Part shown: positions 50,391 to 62,043 of the stretch, one piece after another
Layout of the letters: each line of letters starts with the position of its first letter
Position numbering within the stretch: position 1 is the first letter of the stretch
Assembly (NCBI GenBank): GCA_943788365.1
Contig: CALSPZ010000001.1
Span: 678,263-742,262, forward strand
Direction of reading: 5' to 3'
Source: an uncultured SAR86 cluster bacterium
Lineage (GTDB): Bacteria; Pseudomonadota; Gammaproteobacteria; Magnimaribacterales; D2472
Length of the DNA stretch: 64,000 nucleotides
Made by a program: the position numbers and the translations under genes
Notes under the pieces: model-generated
The model's input: the letters and a program-made list of their open reading frames with translations, nothing else
The model's database searches: none
Told to the model about the DNA's origin: nothing

Positions 50391-53300
50391 TTACTCAAAC
50401 TAATTGCATCGGAACCAAATATATCAATTAGCTTACTTACTTTCTGTAAATCAGCAAGGAAGTTAAAGCTATCTCCAAGCTCTATTATAGCTTCTGAATT
50501 GTCACTTATAACTTTAATATTTATTTTACATCCTGAGGATTCTTCCCAAAAATCTGTATCAATATCATAAATAATTTTTGATACGTCTTCTAGACTATCA
50601 ATTTTAGATTTTGGCAAATCAATAGTTAGTATTTTTAATTTCTTTTTAAGCTCGCCATTTATATCGTTTACCTCTTTAACTCTCATCCTAAAAGATGATG
50701 TTCCCAACTCTTTAGATCTATAGTCATCTAGTTCAATAGATCCTTTAATAACCAGAATTTCTCCTTCTTTAAGTATATTATGGCAATTCTCTAAAACATC
50801 ACTAGAAATAACTCCATCCATAGTGCCAGTTCCATCATCAAAATTTATAAAAGTTAATGGTTTGCCTGATCTGTCTCTTATCTGTCTTGATGAGTTAATT
50901 AATGCTACAAGTGAACCTTTTTTAGAATCAATATTCAATTTACCAATTTGCGAAGATCTTAATACACTTATCTGTTTGTTTATTGCGTCTACTGGATGTC
51001 CGGATAAGTAATATCCTAGAGATTTTTTTTCAAGCGAAAGTAATTCACTAAGGCTAAATTCTTGAATTTTTGAATATTTTTCATAGGGATCAAATTCATG
51101 GTTTGTATTTGCAAAAAGGTCTCCTGATTTAATTGCATTACCTGAAGAATTTTTAGATCCATCTTTTAACATGTCTGAAACACTTCTTATTGCTGTGCTT
51201 CGAGATGGGGCGATGCTATCAAACGCTCCTGATTGCGATAATGCTTCTAATGATTTTTTACCGCCAAGCTTAATATCAACTTTTTTAGAGAAATCCCATA
51301 AATCTTTAAAACTATCTGATTCTCTTTTTGCACAAATATGCTTTATAAAAGAGTCTGCAACCCCTTTAATTGCTCCAAGACCATATTCAATTTTCATATC
51401 ATTGTTAACAATAAATCTTTTGCTGCTTGATAAAATATCTGGGTTTAAAACAGTAATGTCCATTCTTTTACATTCTTGGGTTAAAGAATAAATCTTATCT
51501 GTATTTCCAAGTTCTGTTGATAAAACTGCTGCCATAAAATGTTCTGGATAGTAAGCTTTAAGATATGCGGTCTGATATGAAATAAGTGCGTAAGCTGCTG
51601 AATGAGATTTATTGAAGCCATAGCCTGCAAATTTCTCTATTAAATCAAATATTCTCTCTGCAACAGAGGGTTTGATATTATTTTTTTCACAGCCTTGTGT
51701 AAAATATTTTCTTTGCTGCTCCATTTCTTCAACTTTTTTCTTACCCATGGCCCTTCTAAGAATATCTGCTTCGCCAAGAGAAAAGTCTGCTAGAACTCTT
51801 GCTGCTTCCATCACTTGTTCTTGGTATAAAATAACTCCGTAAGTTTCTGATAGAACTGGTTCTAGTAGCTCATGAGGATAGGTAACTGGTGACTTGCCAT
51901 GTTTTCTATCTACAAATTGATCATGCATGCCAGAATCCAGTGGGCCTGGTCTATAAAGAGCCAAGAGTGCGACAATTTCTTCAAATCTAGTTGGTTTCAA
52001 TCTTTTTATAAGATCTCTCATTCCAGATGACTCTAATTGGAAGACAGCCATTGTCTTACCTGAACTCAAAAGTTCAAAAACCTTAGGATCATTTAAAGGA
52101 ATTTTTTCAAGATCAACTCTTGATTTTTCTGATGTATTGATAGACTTTAACGCCCTATCAATTACAGTTAATGTTCTTAAACCTAAGAAATCAAACTTCA
52201 CGAGCCCAATTTTTTCTACATCATCTTTATCAAATTGAGTCATCACAGATTGAGACTGTCGATCATTATAGATTGGGCAGAAATCAGAGATACTTCCAGG
52301 GGCAATAACAACACCGCCAGCATGTTTCCCAACATTTCTTGCTATACCTTCAAGTTTGTATGCTAAATCTACAACTTCTCTCACCTCGGCATCATTTTTA
52401 ATACTTTGATCAAATATTGGTTGCTCTTTTCTTGCTCTATCAAGGGTCATACCTGGAGCAAAAGGTATCATTTTTGAAATCCTATCTCCGAGAGCATATG
52501 GTCTGCCTAATGCCCTGGCAACATCTCTAACTACTGCTCTTGCTGCCATGGTTCCAAATGTAGCTATTTGTGATACTGCACCAGCTCCATATTTTTTTCC
52601 TACATAATCAATAACCCTATCTCTTTTTTCCATGCAAAAATCAATATCAAAGTCAGGCATTGAAAGTCTTTCGGGGTTTAGAAATCTTTCGAATAATAGC
52701 CCATGCTCAATTGGATCAAGTGCAGTAATGCCGATGGCAAATGCTACCAATGAACCTGCCCCCGAACCTCTACCAGGGCCTACTGGAACCTCATTATTTT
52801 TTGACCATTCAATGAAATCATAAACAATCAAAAAGTAGCTTGAGAAACCCATTGTTTTAATTTGTTCAAGCTCATAGTCAAGCCTCTTGATATAAATACT
52901 TTTTTTATCATCATCAAAATCTTTAATAAATTCATTAAGATTTTTAAATGCAAGCTCATTAAGAAAGGAGTCAAAATTATGTTCATTTGGTACAGGGTAT
53001 TCTGGTAAGAAATATTCCTGAGTATCGATTGATACGTTGCACCTCCTGGCTATCTCATTTGTGTTTGTAACAACTTCGTCAATGTCATTAAATAATTCAT
53101 ACATCTCGTCAGATGATTTGAAATATTGTTCTGATGAAAATGCCTTTTTTCTGTTTGGATCACTCAAAGTTCTACCTGTATTGATGCAAACCTTAGTCTC
53201 GTGAATATCATAATCTTCTTTATTTGCAAAAAGTACATCATTTGTAGCTATGACTGGAATGCCTTTATGGGAAGCGATTGGTAGGATATTTTTGATATAT

Positions 53301-53830
53301 TCTATTTCATTTTGTCTTTTGGTATTTTGCACTTCAATTACAAAGTCATCTCCAAAATTATTTAAAAATTTATCAATTCTATCTTTAGTTTCATCAACCT
53401 TGTTAAGGTTCATTAACTCAAATAAATGGCTGGATTTTCCACCAGAAATAACTATCAAATCTTCTTTTATTTCACATAATTCATTAAAAGTTATTATTGG
53501 GGAGGAGTAATTATAATTATTATGAGCTTGCGAAATAATTTTCATTAAGCTTATATGTCCCTTATTAGTTTTTGCTAAACAAAGAAGTTCATGAGGAAGT
53601 TCATCTCCATCAAAAATTACTCTTAGAGATGCCCCTGATATTGGTTTTATTCCTGCTGACTCACATTTATTAAAGAATTTTACTAAGCCAAACATATTTA
53701 AATTATCTGTAAGCGCGACAGATGGAATAGAGTATTTTTTAGCTTGATCTACTATCTGATTAATAGTTAGCAACCCTTGAGTTATGCTAAATTCTGATGA
53801 AACTCTCAGATGAGAAAAAGTTTTATTCAT
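50387..53830 (-). CDS. dnaE: DNA polymerase III alpha subunit
   Basis: 1147 aa with an N-terminal PHP domain ([11 protein letters not shown]), a palm/fingers core (PDFDIDF) and a C-terminal OB fold. Confidence 0.97.
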   Translation of the reverse strand: MNKTFSHLRVSSEFSITQGLLTINQIVDQAKKYSIPSVALTDNLNMFGLVKFFNKCESAGIKPISGASLRVIFDGDELPHELLCLAKTNKGHISLMKIISQAHNNYNYSSPIITFNELCEIKEDLIVISGGKSSHLFELMNLNKVDETKDRIDKFLNNFGDDFVIEVQNTKRQNEIEYIKNILPIASHKGIPVIATNDVLFANKEDYDIHETKVCINTGRTLSDPNRKKAFSSEQYFKSSDEMYELFNDIDEVVTNTNEIARRCNVSIDTQEYFLPEYPVPNEHNFDSFLNELAFKNLNEFIKDFDDDKKSIYIKRLDYELEQIKTMGFSSYFLIVYDFIEWSKNNEVPVGPGRGSGAGSLVAFAIGITALDPIEHGLLFERFLNPERLSMPDFDIDFCMEKRDRVIDYVGKKYGAGAVSQIATFGTMAARAVVRDVARALGRPYALGDRISKMIPFAPGMTLDRARKEQPIFDQSIKNDAEVREVVDLAYKLEGIARNVGKHAGGVVIAPGSISDFCPIYNDRQSQSVMTQFDKDDVEKIGLVKFDFLGLRTLTVIDRALKSINTSEKSRVDLEKIPLNDPKVFELLSSGKTMAVFQLESSGMRDLIKRLKPTRFEEIVALLALYRPGPLDSGMHDQFVDRKHGKSPVTYPHELLEPVLSETYGVILYQEQVMEAARVLADFSLGEADILRRAMGKKKVEEMEQQRKYFTQGCEKNNIKPSVAERIFDLIEKFAGYGFNKSHSAAYALISYQTAYLKAYYPEHFMAAVLSTELGNTDKIYSLTQECKRMDITVLNPDILSSSKRFIVNNDMKIEYGLGAIKGVADSFIKHICAKRESDSFKDLWDFSKKVDIKLGGKKSLEALSQSGAFDSIAPSRSTAIRSVSDMLKDGSKNSSGNAIKSGDLFANTNHEFDPYEKYSKIQEFSLSELLSLEKKSLGYYLSGHPVDAINKQISVLRSSQIGKLNIDSKKGSLVALINSSRQIRDRSGKPLTFINFDDGTGTMDGVISSDVLENCHNILKEGEILVIKGSIELDDYRSKELGTSSFRMRVKEVNDINGELKKKLKILTIDLPKSKIDSLEDVSKIIYDIDTDFWEESSGCKINIKVISDNSEAIIELGDSFNFLADLQKVSKLIDIFGSDAISLSK

Positions 53831-53833
53831 TGC

Positions 53834-54379
53834 CTAGCTAACTCCCTTAAAAGAGTGTCTATGGATAGGGCAAGATCCATGAATTTTTAGCATCTCCTTA
53901 TGGAATTTAGTTGGATATCCTTTGTGTTTATTGAATTTATAAATAGGATATTTTTTATCAAAATCAAGCATCAAATTGTCTCTATAAACTTTGGCAATAA
54001 TAGAAGCGGCACTTATCTCACTTATTATTGCATCTCCACCCACAATAGCCTCTTTTTTGTATTCTACATCTGGAAGATAGAGCCCATCTACCAAGACTTT
54101 ATTTGGTTTTATATTTAGATTGAGTATAGCTCTTTTCATTGCTAATAAAGATGCATTATGGATATTAATTTCATCAATCTCTTGATGTGAAGCATGCCCA
54201 AATGCAAAAAAGGAATTCTGCATGATTATTGTGCTTAAATGTTCTCGTTTATCTTTTGATATTTTCTTAGAATCATTGAGGTTATTAATTGAGTTATTTA
54301 ATATTACAGCTGCAGCAATAACAGGGCCGGCTAAACAACCCCTCCCCACCTCATCAACACCTGCAATAAGCTCTTTCAA
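53834..54379 (-). CDS. rnhB: ribonuclease HII
   Basis: GVDEVGRGCLAGPV active-site motif; lpxB-rnhB-dnaE synteny. Confidence 0.93.
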   Translation of the reverse strand: MKELIAGVDEVGRGCLAGPVIAAAVILNNSINNLNDSKKISKDKREHLSTIIMQNSFFAFGHASHQEIDEINIHNASLLAMKRAILNLNIKPNKVLVDGLYLPDVEYKKEAIVGGDAIISEISAASIIAKVYRDNLMLDFDKKYPIYKFNKHKGYPTKFHKEMLKIHGSCPIHRHSFKGVS

Positions 54380-55488
54380 GATAAATTTAATATTTCTTGT
54401 GCTATTAATGCAAAACCCTTTCCTTTAAGGGTTGATTTAATCTCCATTACAGAGGAATTATCATTTTGGATTTGTATAAGGTGATTTATTTGCTTTGCTG
54501 AGCATTTGTTCTGAATTAGCTCAGGATATATAGATTTATTTAGTAAGAGATTTGGAAGCCCTATGAAGTCAACCTTCAGCATTTTTGAAATAATTGCATA
54601 ATTAATAAAATTAGTTTTATAGCAAATAATTGGAGATGCATTTAGGACTGCGGCTTCAAGTGAAGCTGTTCCAGATGTCACAACTGATTTGTTTGAAATT
54701 GATAAAAAATCTTTTGTAGCTCCTTCATAAATTAGATATGGAGCATTGGTATCCTTTAGGTATTTTTTAACATCAAGCGTACTTGAGTTGTCGGCAGTTG
54801 GAATTAAAAAAAATGCATTTTTATTGTTTTTATAATGTAACTCCATAAAATTTCTGTAAGTAGGCATCATACTTATAATCTCAGAACTTCTGCTTCCAGG
54901 AAGAATTGATATGAATGACTTGCCTGCTTCTAAAGAATATTTAGTAAGAACATCATCTACATTGCTTAAGACAAGATCAGAAAATGGATGCCCTAGATGG
55001 GAGCTGCTCAAACCTTTGTCTTTATAGAAATTATGCTCAAAATTAAATAAACAAACGGTATGGTCTATGTATTTTTCAATTTTCTTTATTCTCCCCTGTC
55101 TCCAGCCCCAAACAGATGGACTAACTAGTTGAATAGTTTTACATTTTTTTATAGGTTTAAGAGCTTTATGTATGCCTATGTTAAAGTCTGGAGAATCGAT
55201 ACCAATAAAAAAATCTATCTCTTTATCTTTAAACAAAGAAATTAAATTATTTCTTTTATTAGTAAGTTTTTTAAAGTTTAGCAAGGGATCTATAATTCCC
55301 ATTACCTGAAGCTCTTTAAAATCAAAAAGTGAATTTAGCCCCAAAGATTCTATCTTGGGGCCACCAACTCCATATAACTCAAAATTATTATCTTTAACGA
55401 TCTCTTTAATGAGGTTGTACCCAAGAGTGTCACCAGAGTGCTCTCCAGCAACAACACCTATTTTAAGTCTAGATTTTTCTTGGATCAC
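54376..55488 (-). CDS. lpxB: lipid-A-disaccharide synthase
   Basis: 370 aa with N-terminal GEHSGD; position between lpxA and rnhB. Confidence 0.92.
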   Translation of the reverse strand: MIQEKSRLKIGVVAGEHSGDTLGYNLIKEIVKDNNFELYGVGGPKIESLGLNSLFDFKELQVMGIIDPLLNFKKLTNKRNNLISLFKDKEIDFFIGIDSPDFNIGIHKALKPIKKCKTIQLVSPSVWGWRQGRIKKIEKYIDHTVCLFNFEHNFYKDKGLSSSHLGHPFSDLVLSNVDDVLTKYSLEAGKSFISILPGSRSSEIISMMPTYRNFMELHYKNNKNAFFLIPTADNSSTLDVKKYLKDTNAPYLIYEGATKDFLSISNKSVVTSGTASLEAAVLNASPIICYKTNFINYAIISKMLKVDFIGLPNLLLNKSIYPELIQNKCSAKQINHLIQIQNDNSSVMEIKSTLKGKGFALIAQEILNLS

Positions 55489-56268
55489 TTACCTGGTGAT
55501 TCCTCTTGAGGATACTTTTACAGAGTCAATAAAATTTAATAGGTGCTTGTCTGAATATTTTTTATTTAGTTCTTCAATTTTTGATATAGCTTCATCTAAT
55601 TTTAATGATTTTCGATATAACAGTTTATATGCTTTCTTAAGGTTTGAGATTGAGTCCTCGCTAACTCCATTTCTTGAGAGACCTACAGTGTTTAATCCAA
55701 CAACTCTTGCGGGGTGAGAGGCGGCCTTCACATAAGCAGGCAAGTCCATTGTGATCATAGTGCTCATTCCAGTGAATGCGTAATCTCCTATATTGCAGAA
55801 TTGATGGATAAGGGTATATCCACCGAGAGTAACATTATTGCCAACCTTTACATGGCCAGCTAAACCTGAATTGTTTGCAAAAATATTATTATCACCAACC
55901 ATACAATCATGGGCAATATGAGCATATGCCATAATTAAATTATTACTACCTATCTGGGTTATACCATTATCTTGAATAGTTCCCCTATGGACTGTTACTC
56001 CCTCTCTGAATATATTATTTTTACCAATAATAAGTTTAGTTTCTTCGCCTTTAAATTTTTTATCAGGAGTATCCTCTCCAATAGAAGAAAATTGGTAGAT
56101 GCTATTACCCTCTTCAATAAAGGTTGGTCCTTTAATAACAACATTTGAGTGAATTTTACATCCTGCGCCTATCGTGACACCCTTGCCAATAATGCAGAAT
56201 GGCCCAACATATGAGCTTTCATCAATAATAGAATCGGGGTGAATGATAGCGGTTTCATGAATATTCAT
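55489..56268 (-). CDS. lpxA: acyl-ACP--UDP-N-acetylglucosamine O-acyltransferase
   Basis: Hexapeptide-repeat beta-helix plus a helical C-terminus; fabZ-lpxA-lpxB order. Confidence 0.94.
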   Translation of the reverse strand: MNIHETAIIHPDSIIDESSYVGPFCIIGKGVTIGAGCKIHSNVVIKGPTFIEEGNSIYQFSSIGEDTPDKKFKGEETKLIIGKNNIFREGVTVHRGTIQDNGITQIGSNNLIMAYAHIAHDCMVGDNNIFANNSGLAGHVKVGNNVTLGGYTLIHQFCNIGDYAFTGMSTMITMDLPAYVKAASHPARVVGLNTVGLSRNGVSEDSISNLKKAYKLLYRKSLKLDEAISKIEELNKKYSDKHLLNFIDSVKVSSRGITR

Positions 56269-56708
56269 TATGCAGGCCTATCAGCGCACATTATTGTTGC
56301 AGAACATGCTAATTCTCCATTAACTTCTGCTCTAACATCAAATTTCCATATACCTCTTTTAACATTTTTTACAGTGCTGAATAAATGCAACGTATCTCCA
56401 GGTCTAACTCTTTTTCTAAATCTTACATTATCAACGCCCGCAAATACATATAAAGAACCTTCATCAGGAGTTTTGTCCATTGTTTTAAAACCTAAAATAC
56501 CAGATGCTTGCGCCAAAGCCTCGATAATGATGACGCCTGGCATTATTGGGTTTCCAGGAAAATGACCTCTTAAATAGTCTTCAGTTGGCAAAACATTTTT
56601 AATGGCATGAATAGAATTACCTTCATCAACTTCAATTATTTCATCTACAAATAAGAATGGCTCTCTATGAGGTAAGTATTTTAAGACCTCTTTACTAGGT
56701 TGCGACAT
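56268..56708 (-). CDS. fabZ: 3-hydroxyacyl-ACP dehydratase FabZ
   Basis: Hot-dog motif LRGHFPGNPIMPGV. Confidence 0.95.
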   Translation of the reverse strand: MSQPSKEVLKYLPHREPFLFVDEIIEVDEGNSIHAIKNVLPTEDYLRGHFPGNPIMPGVIIIEALAQASGILGFKTMDKTPDEGSLYVFAGVDNVRFRKRVRPGDTLHLFSTVKNVKRGIWKFDVRAEVNGELACSATIMCADRPA

Positions 56709-56710
56709 TT

Positions 56711-57649
56711 TTACTTCCTTCTTTTTATAAAGATTGAGGATTTAGCCCAGTCTTTTGGTTTTTGTGCCGGCATTATACCTATATATTCTCCACTTTCTTG
56801 AATGCTTTTTGTTATTAAAGTATGCGCTCCAACAGTAACATCATCAGCGATATTGAGATGTCCCAAAACTCCTGATAATCCACCCATTCTAAACTTCTTA
56901 CCAATAACTGTAGAACCAGCGATAGCACAACATGCAGCAATTGCTGAATCACTTCCAAGCTCTACATTATGAGCAATATGAACTTGATTATCTAATTTCA
57001 CCCCATCATGGATATGTGTGTCGCCCAAGGCACCTCTATCAATAGTGCAACCTGCTCCCATTTCAACATTTGATCCAATAATCAAACTCCCCAGTTGTTC
57101 TATCTTAATATAACCATCTTCTGAAGGTGCATACCCAAAACCATCAGATCCAAGAACTGTTCCATTATGAATGTGAGTATTACTACCAATATGAACATCT
57201 GATATTAGAGATGAGTTTGCTCTAATAGAAGAAAAATCTCCAATAGAACAATTAGGGCCAATAAATACATTTGAGCCTATTACAACATTTTGTCCAAGTT
57301 TGGTCTCAGGAGAAACAGTTGCAGTGGGATGAACGCTACCAATATTTTGTTTCAATGGATGTGGACTAAATAAAGAGCTTGCTTTTGCATAAGCCAAATA
57401 CGGATCCTCAGTAACTAAATAATTGCCAATTTCATTACCATTAATGGTGTTTGGATGAACTATAAATGCCAATGCTTTAGAGGTTGTAAGATATTTAGAA
57501 TATTTTTGGTTTGATACAAATGTTAGGGAGTTGGCATTTGCATCTTGAATTGTTTTTAGATTATCGACGATGGCATTGCCATCGCCAATTAATTTAGTGT
57601 TTAAGAGCTTAGAGAGCTCTAGTAAAGAATAATTCTTACTGCTGGTCAC
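56711..57649 (-). CDS. lpxD: UDP-3-O-(3-hydroxyacyl)glucosamine N-acyltransferase
   Basis: Hexapeptide repeats; skp-lpxD-fabZ order. Confidence 0.92.
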   Translation of the reverse strand: MTSSKNYSLLELSKLLNTKLIGDGNAIVDNLKTIQDANANSLTFVSNQKYSKYLTTSKALAFIVHPNTINGNEIGNYLVTEDPYLAYAKASSLFSPHPLKQNIGSVHPTATVSPETKLGQNVVIGSNVFIGPNCSIGDFSSIRANSSLISDVHIGSNTHIHNGTVLGSDGFGYAPSEDGYIKIEQLGSLIIGSNVEMGAGCTIDRGALGDTHIHDGVKLDNQVHIAHNVELGSDSAIAACCAIAGSTVIGKKFRMGGLSGVLGHLNIADDVTVGAHTLITKSIQESGEYIGIMPAQKPKDWAKSSIFIKRRK

Positions 57650-58188
57650 TACTCGCTTGAAGCGGGCTCATTAGCTGCAACATCAAGCATAGATGTAACA
57701 TCATCAGTCAAATCTAGAGATGGATCACTAAAAAGCAAAGTTTCATTTTTTGCAAGTAATACAGTTATTTGCTTTGCAGCTATAAGTTCTCCAATGATTT
57801 TTTGCATTTCTGGGCCACTTTCAGCAAAAACTCTTTGGGCTGTTTCTTCTTGTGCTGCCTGAACTTTGCTTGCAAGAAATTCTAAGTCTTTAGTTTTTTC
57901 TTGAATGTCTCTTTGTACTTCTGCAATTTCAGCTTGTGAAAGAGTTTCAGCATCTTTTTGAAGATTTTCTGCAAGAGTCTGTCTTTCTGCCTGAATTGAT
58001 CTCGCCTCTTCTAGATTTGCAGCATAATCAGCATCTTCTTCTAGAGCTTTAAATGCGTCTTGAGCTGCTTGTGTTGATAGAACAGCAGTTCGCATATCTA
58101 TAACAGCGACTCCATTAGCTGAAATAGCTGGAAGTGCCAGAAATAATACAGAAAGTACTATTAAGTTAAATTTAAATTTGTTAGTCAT
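57649..58188 (-). CDS. skp: periplasmic chaperone Skp (OmpH)
   Basis: Signal peptide, Gln/Glu/Ala-rich coiled-coil body; lies between bamA and lpxD. Confidence 0.85.
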   Translation of the reverse strand: MTNKFKFNLIVLSVLFLALPAISANGVAVIDMRTAVLSTQAAQDAFKALEEDADYAANLEEARSIQAERQTLAENLQKDAETLSQAEIAEVQRDIQEKTKDLEFLASKVQAAQEETAQRVFAESGPEMQKIIGELIAAKQITVLLAKNETLLFSDPSLDLTDDVTSMLDVAANEPASSE

Positions 58189-58244
58189 ATCTACCCCTTG
58201 TTGGAATTCTATATTTTATATTAAAACTCTTGAAAAATACTCAA

Positions 58245-60668
58245 TTAAAAAACATTTCCTACAGTAAATTGAAATTCTTCTGTTCTTTCTTGCGGCCCAG
58301 CATTTGTAGGTTTAGCAATTGCAAAACTCATTGGACCAAAGCTTGTTATCCACGTAACACCTACTCCATATGAATATCGTAGCTCCTCAATATCAGGCTC
58401 AGAACAGTTATATTGATAATCTTTACAGCTATCTGAAAAAACATTACCAAAATCAAAGAAGAAAGCAGATCGCATAGATCGTTGATCCTCAATAAATGGA
58501 AGTCTAAAAATAAGTTGAAGGCTTCCTTCAACCTTAACATTTCCTCCAATTGGAGCATCATAGTAGCGAGATGTACTATTTGCGTATGGGTTGTAATAAG
58601 GTAAATCTAAAATCTCATCTCCATCTGTATCAATTAGATTTGGGCAAGATCCTTCTGTGTAATTAAATTCATAACAAGGAGCTTGTGTGCTCCTTGGCCC
58701 AAGAGTGTTTGATTCAAACCCTCGCAATGATCTGGGGCCTCCAGCATAAAAATTTTGAAAGAAAGGTGTCTCATTTGTATCACCATATGCATCCATATAT
58801 CCTAATTCACCACTAAATCCAACCACAAGATTAGCAAAACCCAATGGTTGATATGCTTTTTGTTGAATGCTCGCTCTATAATAATTTAAATCGCTAAATG
58901 GCAGAGTTGCCATCAAGCTAACACTTGTAGATGATCCATCAGTGGGAAATAGTCCTCTATTTAAAGTAACTCTTGACCACACAAAGTTTGCACTAAGAGT
59001 ATCAAATATATTCCCTTCTGAGGCTACAAAATCATAAATTTCTCTTGCTGGTAATGTGCCAATATCAATATCTGTTTGGTCATAAGTTAAGTTTAGTCCA
59101 AGTCTTTGTGTGTCTGATATGGGGTAGCTGTACTGAACTCCTAAACCAGCAGAATTAGTTAAATAATTTGCTACGTTGTACTCCCCGTAATCCGTTTCTC
59201 TAAAGTAAAGATTGTATCCTACGCTCACTCCATCAACAGTTGCATAAGGATCCATGAAAGAAAAATTATACATTTCACTGTAGATATTTTTATTGATTCC
59301 TAAGCTCAAGGTATTTCCAGTCCCCATAAAGTTTTGTTCTTGGAGATTAAAACCGAGCTGAAGACCAAAATCACTATATCCAACATTTCCGCCAATACTT
59401 CCTGTGCTTTCTTCATCAACTGAGTAAACTACATCAATTTGATCATCTGTTGTTGGTACAGGAATGGTTTCAACAGATACTTCTTTAAAGAAGCCAAGTC
59501 TTTCCAGTCTTATTCTTCCTGCCTCAATATTATCGTCTGACGTCCACGCACCTTCAAACTGCCTCATCTCTCTTCTTAAAACATAATCTTGAGTTATCTC
59601 ATTACCAGTGAATAGTATTTTTCTAGTATAAGTTCGTTTGCCAGGAACAATATTATATGTAAGCTCTACTGTTTTATCATCATCATTAGTTTCAGGCACC
59701 CCAGTTACTTCAGCAAATGCATAACCTTGATTACCCAATATATTTTTAAAATACTCTTCGATAGCAGTTATTTGTCCTTGTGAGTATATTTGACCTTCTT
59801 GTGATGAGGTGATTGGTAAATATGCATTCTCATCAAATGGAAGGTCTCCAATTACATTAACGCTAGAAATTTTATATTCATCGCCTTCGAATATATTAAA
59901 ACTTATAAATATTGATTTCTTGTCTCTGGATAAACTTATTTGTGATGACTCAATAGAAAATTTTAGATACCCTCTATCTAAATAAAATGATTCAAGTGAT
60001 TCAATATCCCCTTGCAATTTCTCTCTCGAGTATTGGTTATCGTTTGAAAGAAAGCTAAATAAAGAGCCCTCTGATAGTTCAAAACTATCTATAAGATCTT
60101 CTGATTCAAAAACTTCGTTACCAATAATATCAATTTTTTTTATGGTAGCGCTCTTGCCTTCATCGACTTCAATAGAAATTTCAACTGTATTTCGAGGCCT
60201 AATATTTTCTTGAATATCTACATTTGCGCCATAGCGTCCATTTGAAGCATAAGATCTAACAAGCTCTGATTTAACTTTTTCTAAAGTTGATCTCTTATAT
60301 ACCTCACCCTCTCTTACATCAACGCCATCCAAGCTATCCATCAACTGTTCTGTTTTTATTGCCTTATTACCAGTTATATCAATTCCAGATATGGATGGTC
60401 TTTCAGCAACTGTTATAACCAAAGTATTTCCTTCCTTGCCAATCTGAATATCATCAAACTGTTCTGTAGAAAATAATGACTTCACTATGTCTCTAGATTT
60501 CCTGTTATCAATTTTGTCACCAACGCTAATAGGTATCACATTAAATATGCTACCTGTTGAAACTCTCTGAAGCCCTATAATTCTTATGTCACTAATTAAA
60601 AACTCGTCAAAGGCATTAACATTGGTGATTATAAGAAGAGTCAGAAAGATTTTTTTAAACTTACTCAT
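58245..60668 (-). CDS. bamA: outer membrane protein assembly factor BamA
   Basis: 807 aa with a signal peptide, five POTRA-like repeats, a C-terminal beta-barrel and a terminal aromatic residue (…FTVGNVF). Confidence 0.95.
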   Translation of the reverse strand: MSKFKKIFLTLLIITNVNAFDEFLISDIRIIGLQRVSTGSIFNVIPISVGDKIDNRKSRDIVKSLFSTEQFDDIQIGKEGNTLVITVAERPSISGIDITGNKAIKTEQLMDSLDGVDVREGEVYKRSTLEKVKSELVRSYASNGRYGANVDIQENIRPRNTVEISIEVDEGKSATIKKIDIIGNEVFESEDLIDSFELSEGSLFSFLSNDNQYSREKLQGDIESLESFYLDRGYLKFSIESSQISLSRDKKSIFISFNIFEGDEYKISSVNVIGDLPFDENAYLPITSSQEGQIYSQGQITAIEEYFKNILGNQGYAFAEVTGVPETNDDDKTVELTYNIVPGKRTYTRKILFTGNEITQDYVLRREMRQFEGAWTSDDNIEAGRIRLERLGFFKEVSVETIPVPTTDDQIDVVYSVDEESTGSIGGNVGYSDFGLQLGFNLQEQNFMGTGNTLSLGINKNIYSEMYNFSFMDPYATVDGVSVGYNLYFRETDYGEYNVANYLTNSAGLGVQYSYPISDTQRLGLNLTYDQTDIDIGTLPAREIYDFVASEGNIFDTLSANFVWSRVTLNRGLFPTDGSSTSVSLMATLPFSDLNYYRASIQQKAYQPLGFANLVVGFSGELGYMDAYGDTNETPFFQNFYAGGPRSLRGFESNTLGPRSTQAPCYEFNYTEGSCPNLIDTDGDEILDLPYYNPYANSTSRYYDAPIGGNVKVEGSLQLIFRLPFIEDQRSMRSAFFFDFGNVFSDSCKDYQYNCSEPDIEELRYSYGVGVTWITSFGPMSFAIAKPTNAGPQERTEEFQFTVGNVF

Positions 60669-60674
60669 GTTTAA

Positions 60675-62030
60675 TTATAAATACCTTGAGATATCGTTAA
60701 AAACAGCAAAAATCATCAACATACCAACAAGAATTGCTCCAATGGTAAAAACATAGTTTTCGACTTTCTCAGGCAAAGGTTTTCCTCTCACAGCCTCTAC
60801 TCCTAAAAGCACTAATTGCCCGCCGTCTAAAACTGGAAGCGGTAATAAGTTAAGCACCCCTAAGCTTATGCTTAAAAGCGCCATTAGATATAAGAAAGGA
60901 ATAATTCCAGCTTTAGCTGTATCTCCTGCCATTTGGGCAATGCCTATCGGCCCACTTAGATTATCAGCACCCATATTTCCTGTAAGCATTTTTCCTATAA
61001 ACTGAAGTGTTTTAATGCTTAGGTTGTATGTCTCATAAGTTGCTTTGTTAACAGAGGAAATAAAACCCCTTTGAGAACCAAAGCTTACTCCAAGCGATCC
61101 TTGTAAAATTTCTTTTTGATTTAATGCCGAGCCAATTAAAATTGGTTTGTATATCTCTTCGCCATTTCTATTAATCAGAAAACTTAGCTCTTTTCCTGGG
61201 TTATCTTTAATAAGTCCTTTAATGTCTTGAATATAGTTAATGGATTGATCGTCTATTTTTAATATCTTATCGCCAGGCTTAATATCAGCAAGATCTGCAG
61301 CACTTCCTTCTGCAACTCCTCCAATAATTGGTAAGCTTTTATATTCAATCACAAGCCCTAGTCCTGACATTGGATCTTTTTGCGCTTCTGAGGTATCTAA
61401 AAATTCTTCTACATAAATTGATGCATTGTATGATTCCGAAGAGTTTGCACTTTTAAGCATAAGTTCTATTGGGCCTGTATACCCTGCATATGATAGAAGC
61501 TCTAATGAAAAGTCTTTTGGATCAGTTATAAGTTGAGAGTTTATTCCCACCAATTGATCTCCAGGGATAATATTATTTGCAGACTGTATATTCACTGATT
61601 CATCAACTTTTTGAATCGTAGCAACATTATTTGGATCAATAGTATTCATGAAAATAAAACTGAAGACTAAAATTGAAAGAAGAAAGTTAGCCATTGGGCC
61701 AGCAATCATTATGGCAGCTCTTTGCCATTTTGGTTTTGAATCAAAAGTATTTTGAAGCTGCTTCTCGGTTAACTGATTTTTAATTTCAGGCTCAACCTCA
61801 ATAAGCTTGTTTGTTATCATAGAAACATAACCTCCAAGAGGGAGGGCTGATAATGCAAACTCTGTTCCATGCTTGTCTTTTCTTTTATAAATTATTGGTC
61901 CCATACCCAAAGAGAATGTTTGGACATGCACTTTACATAGCCTTGCTACGATAAAGTGACCATATTCATGTATTGTTACTAGTATTCCTATTAAAACTAG
62001 AAATGATGATATATATATTAAAGTTGACAT
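60675..62030 (-). CDS. rseP: RIP metalloprotease RseP
   Basis: HEYGH zinc motif, PDZ region, and NLLPLPVLDGG motif. Confidence 0.94.
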   Translation of the reverse strand: MSTLIYISSFLVLIGILVTIHEYGHFIVARLCKVHVQTFSLGMGPIIYKRKDKHGTEFALSALPLGGYVSMITNKLIEVEPEIKNQLTEKQLQNTFDSKPKWQRAAIMIAGPMANFLLSILVFSFIFMNTIDPNNVATIQKVDESVNIQSANNIIPGDQLVGINSQLITDPKDFSLELLSYAGYTGPIELMLKSANSSESYNASIYVEEFLDTSEAQKDPMSGLGLVIEYKSLPIIGGVAEGSAADLADIKPGDKILKIDDQSINYIQDIKGLIKDNPGKELSFLINRNGEEIYKPILIGSALNQKEILQGSLGVSFGSQRGFISSVNKATYETYNLSIKTLQFIGKMLTGNMGADNLSGPIGIAQMAGDTAKAGIIPFLYLMALLSISLGVLNLLPLPVLDGGQLVLLGVEAVRGKPLPEKVENYVFTIGAILVGMLMIFAVFNDISRYL

Positions 62031-62043
62031 AATTTAAGTAATT

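Noticed and set aside
58346-58354. A DnaA-box-like sequence, TTATCCACG.
   Set aside because: It is a single 8/9 match inside the bamA coding sequence, with no cluster and no adjacent AT-rich unwinding element or dnaA/dnaN context.
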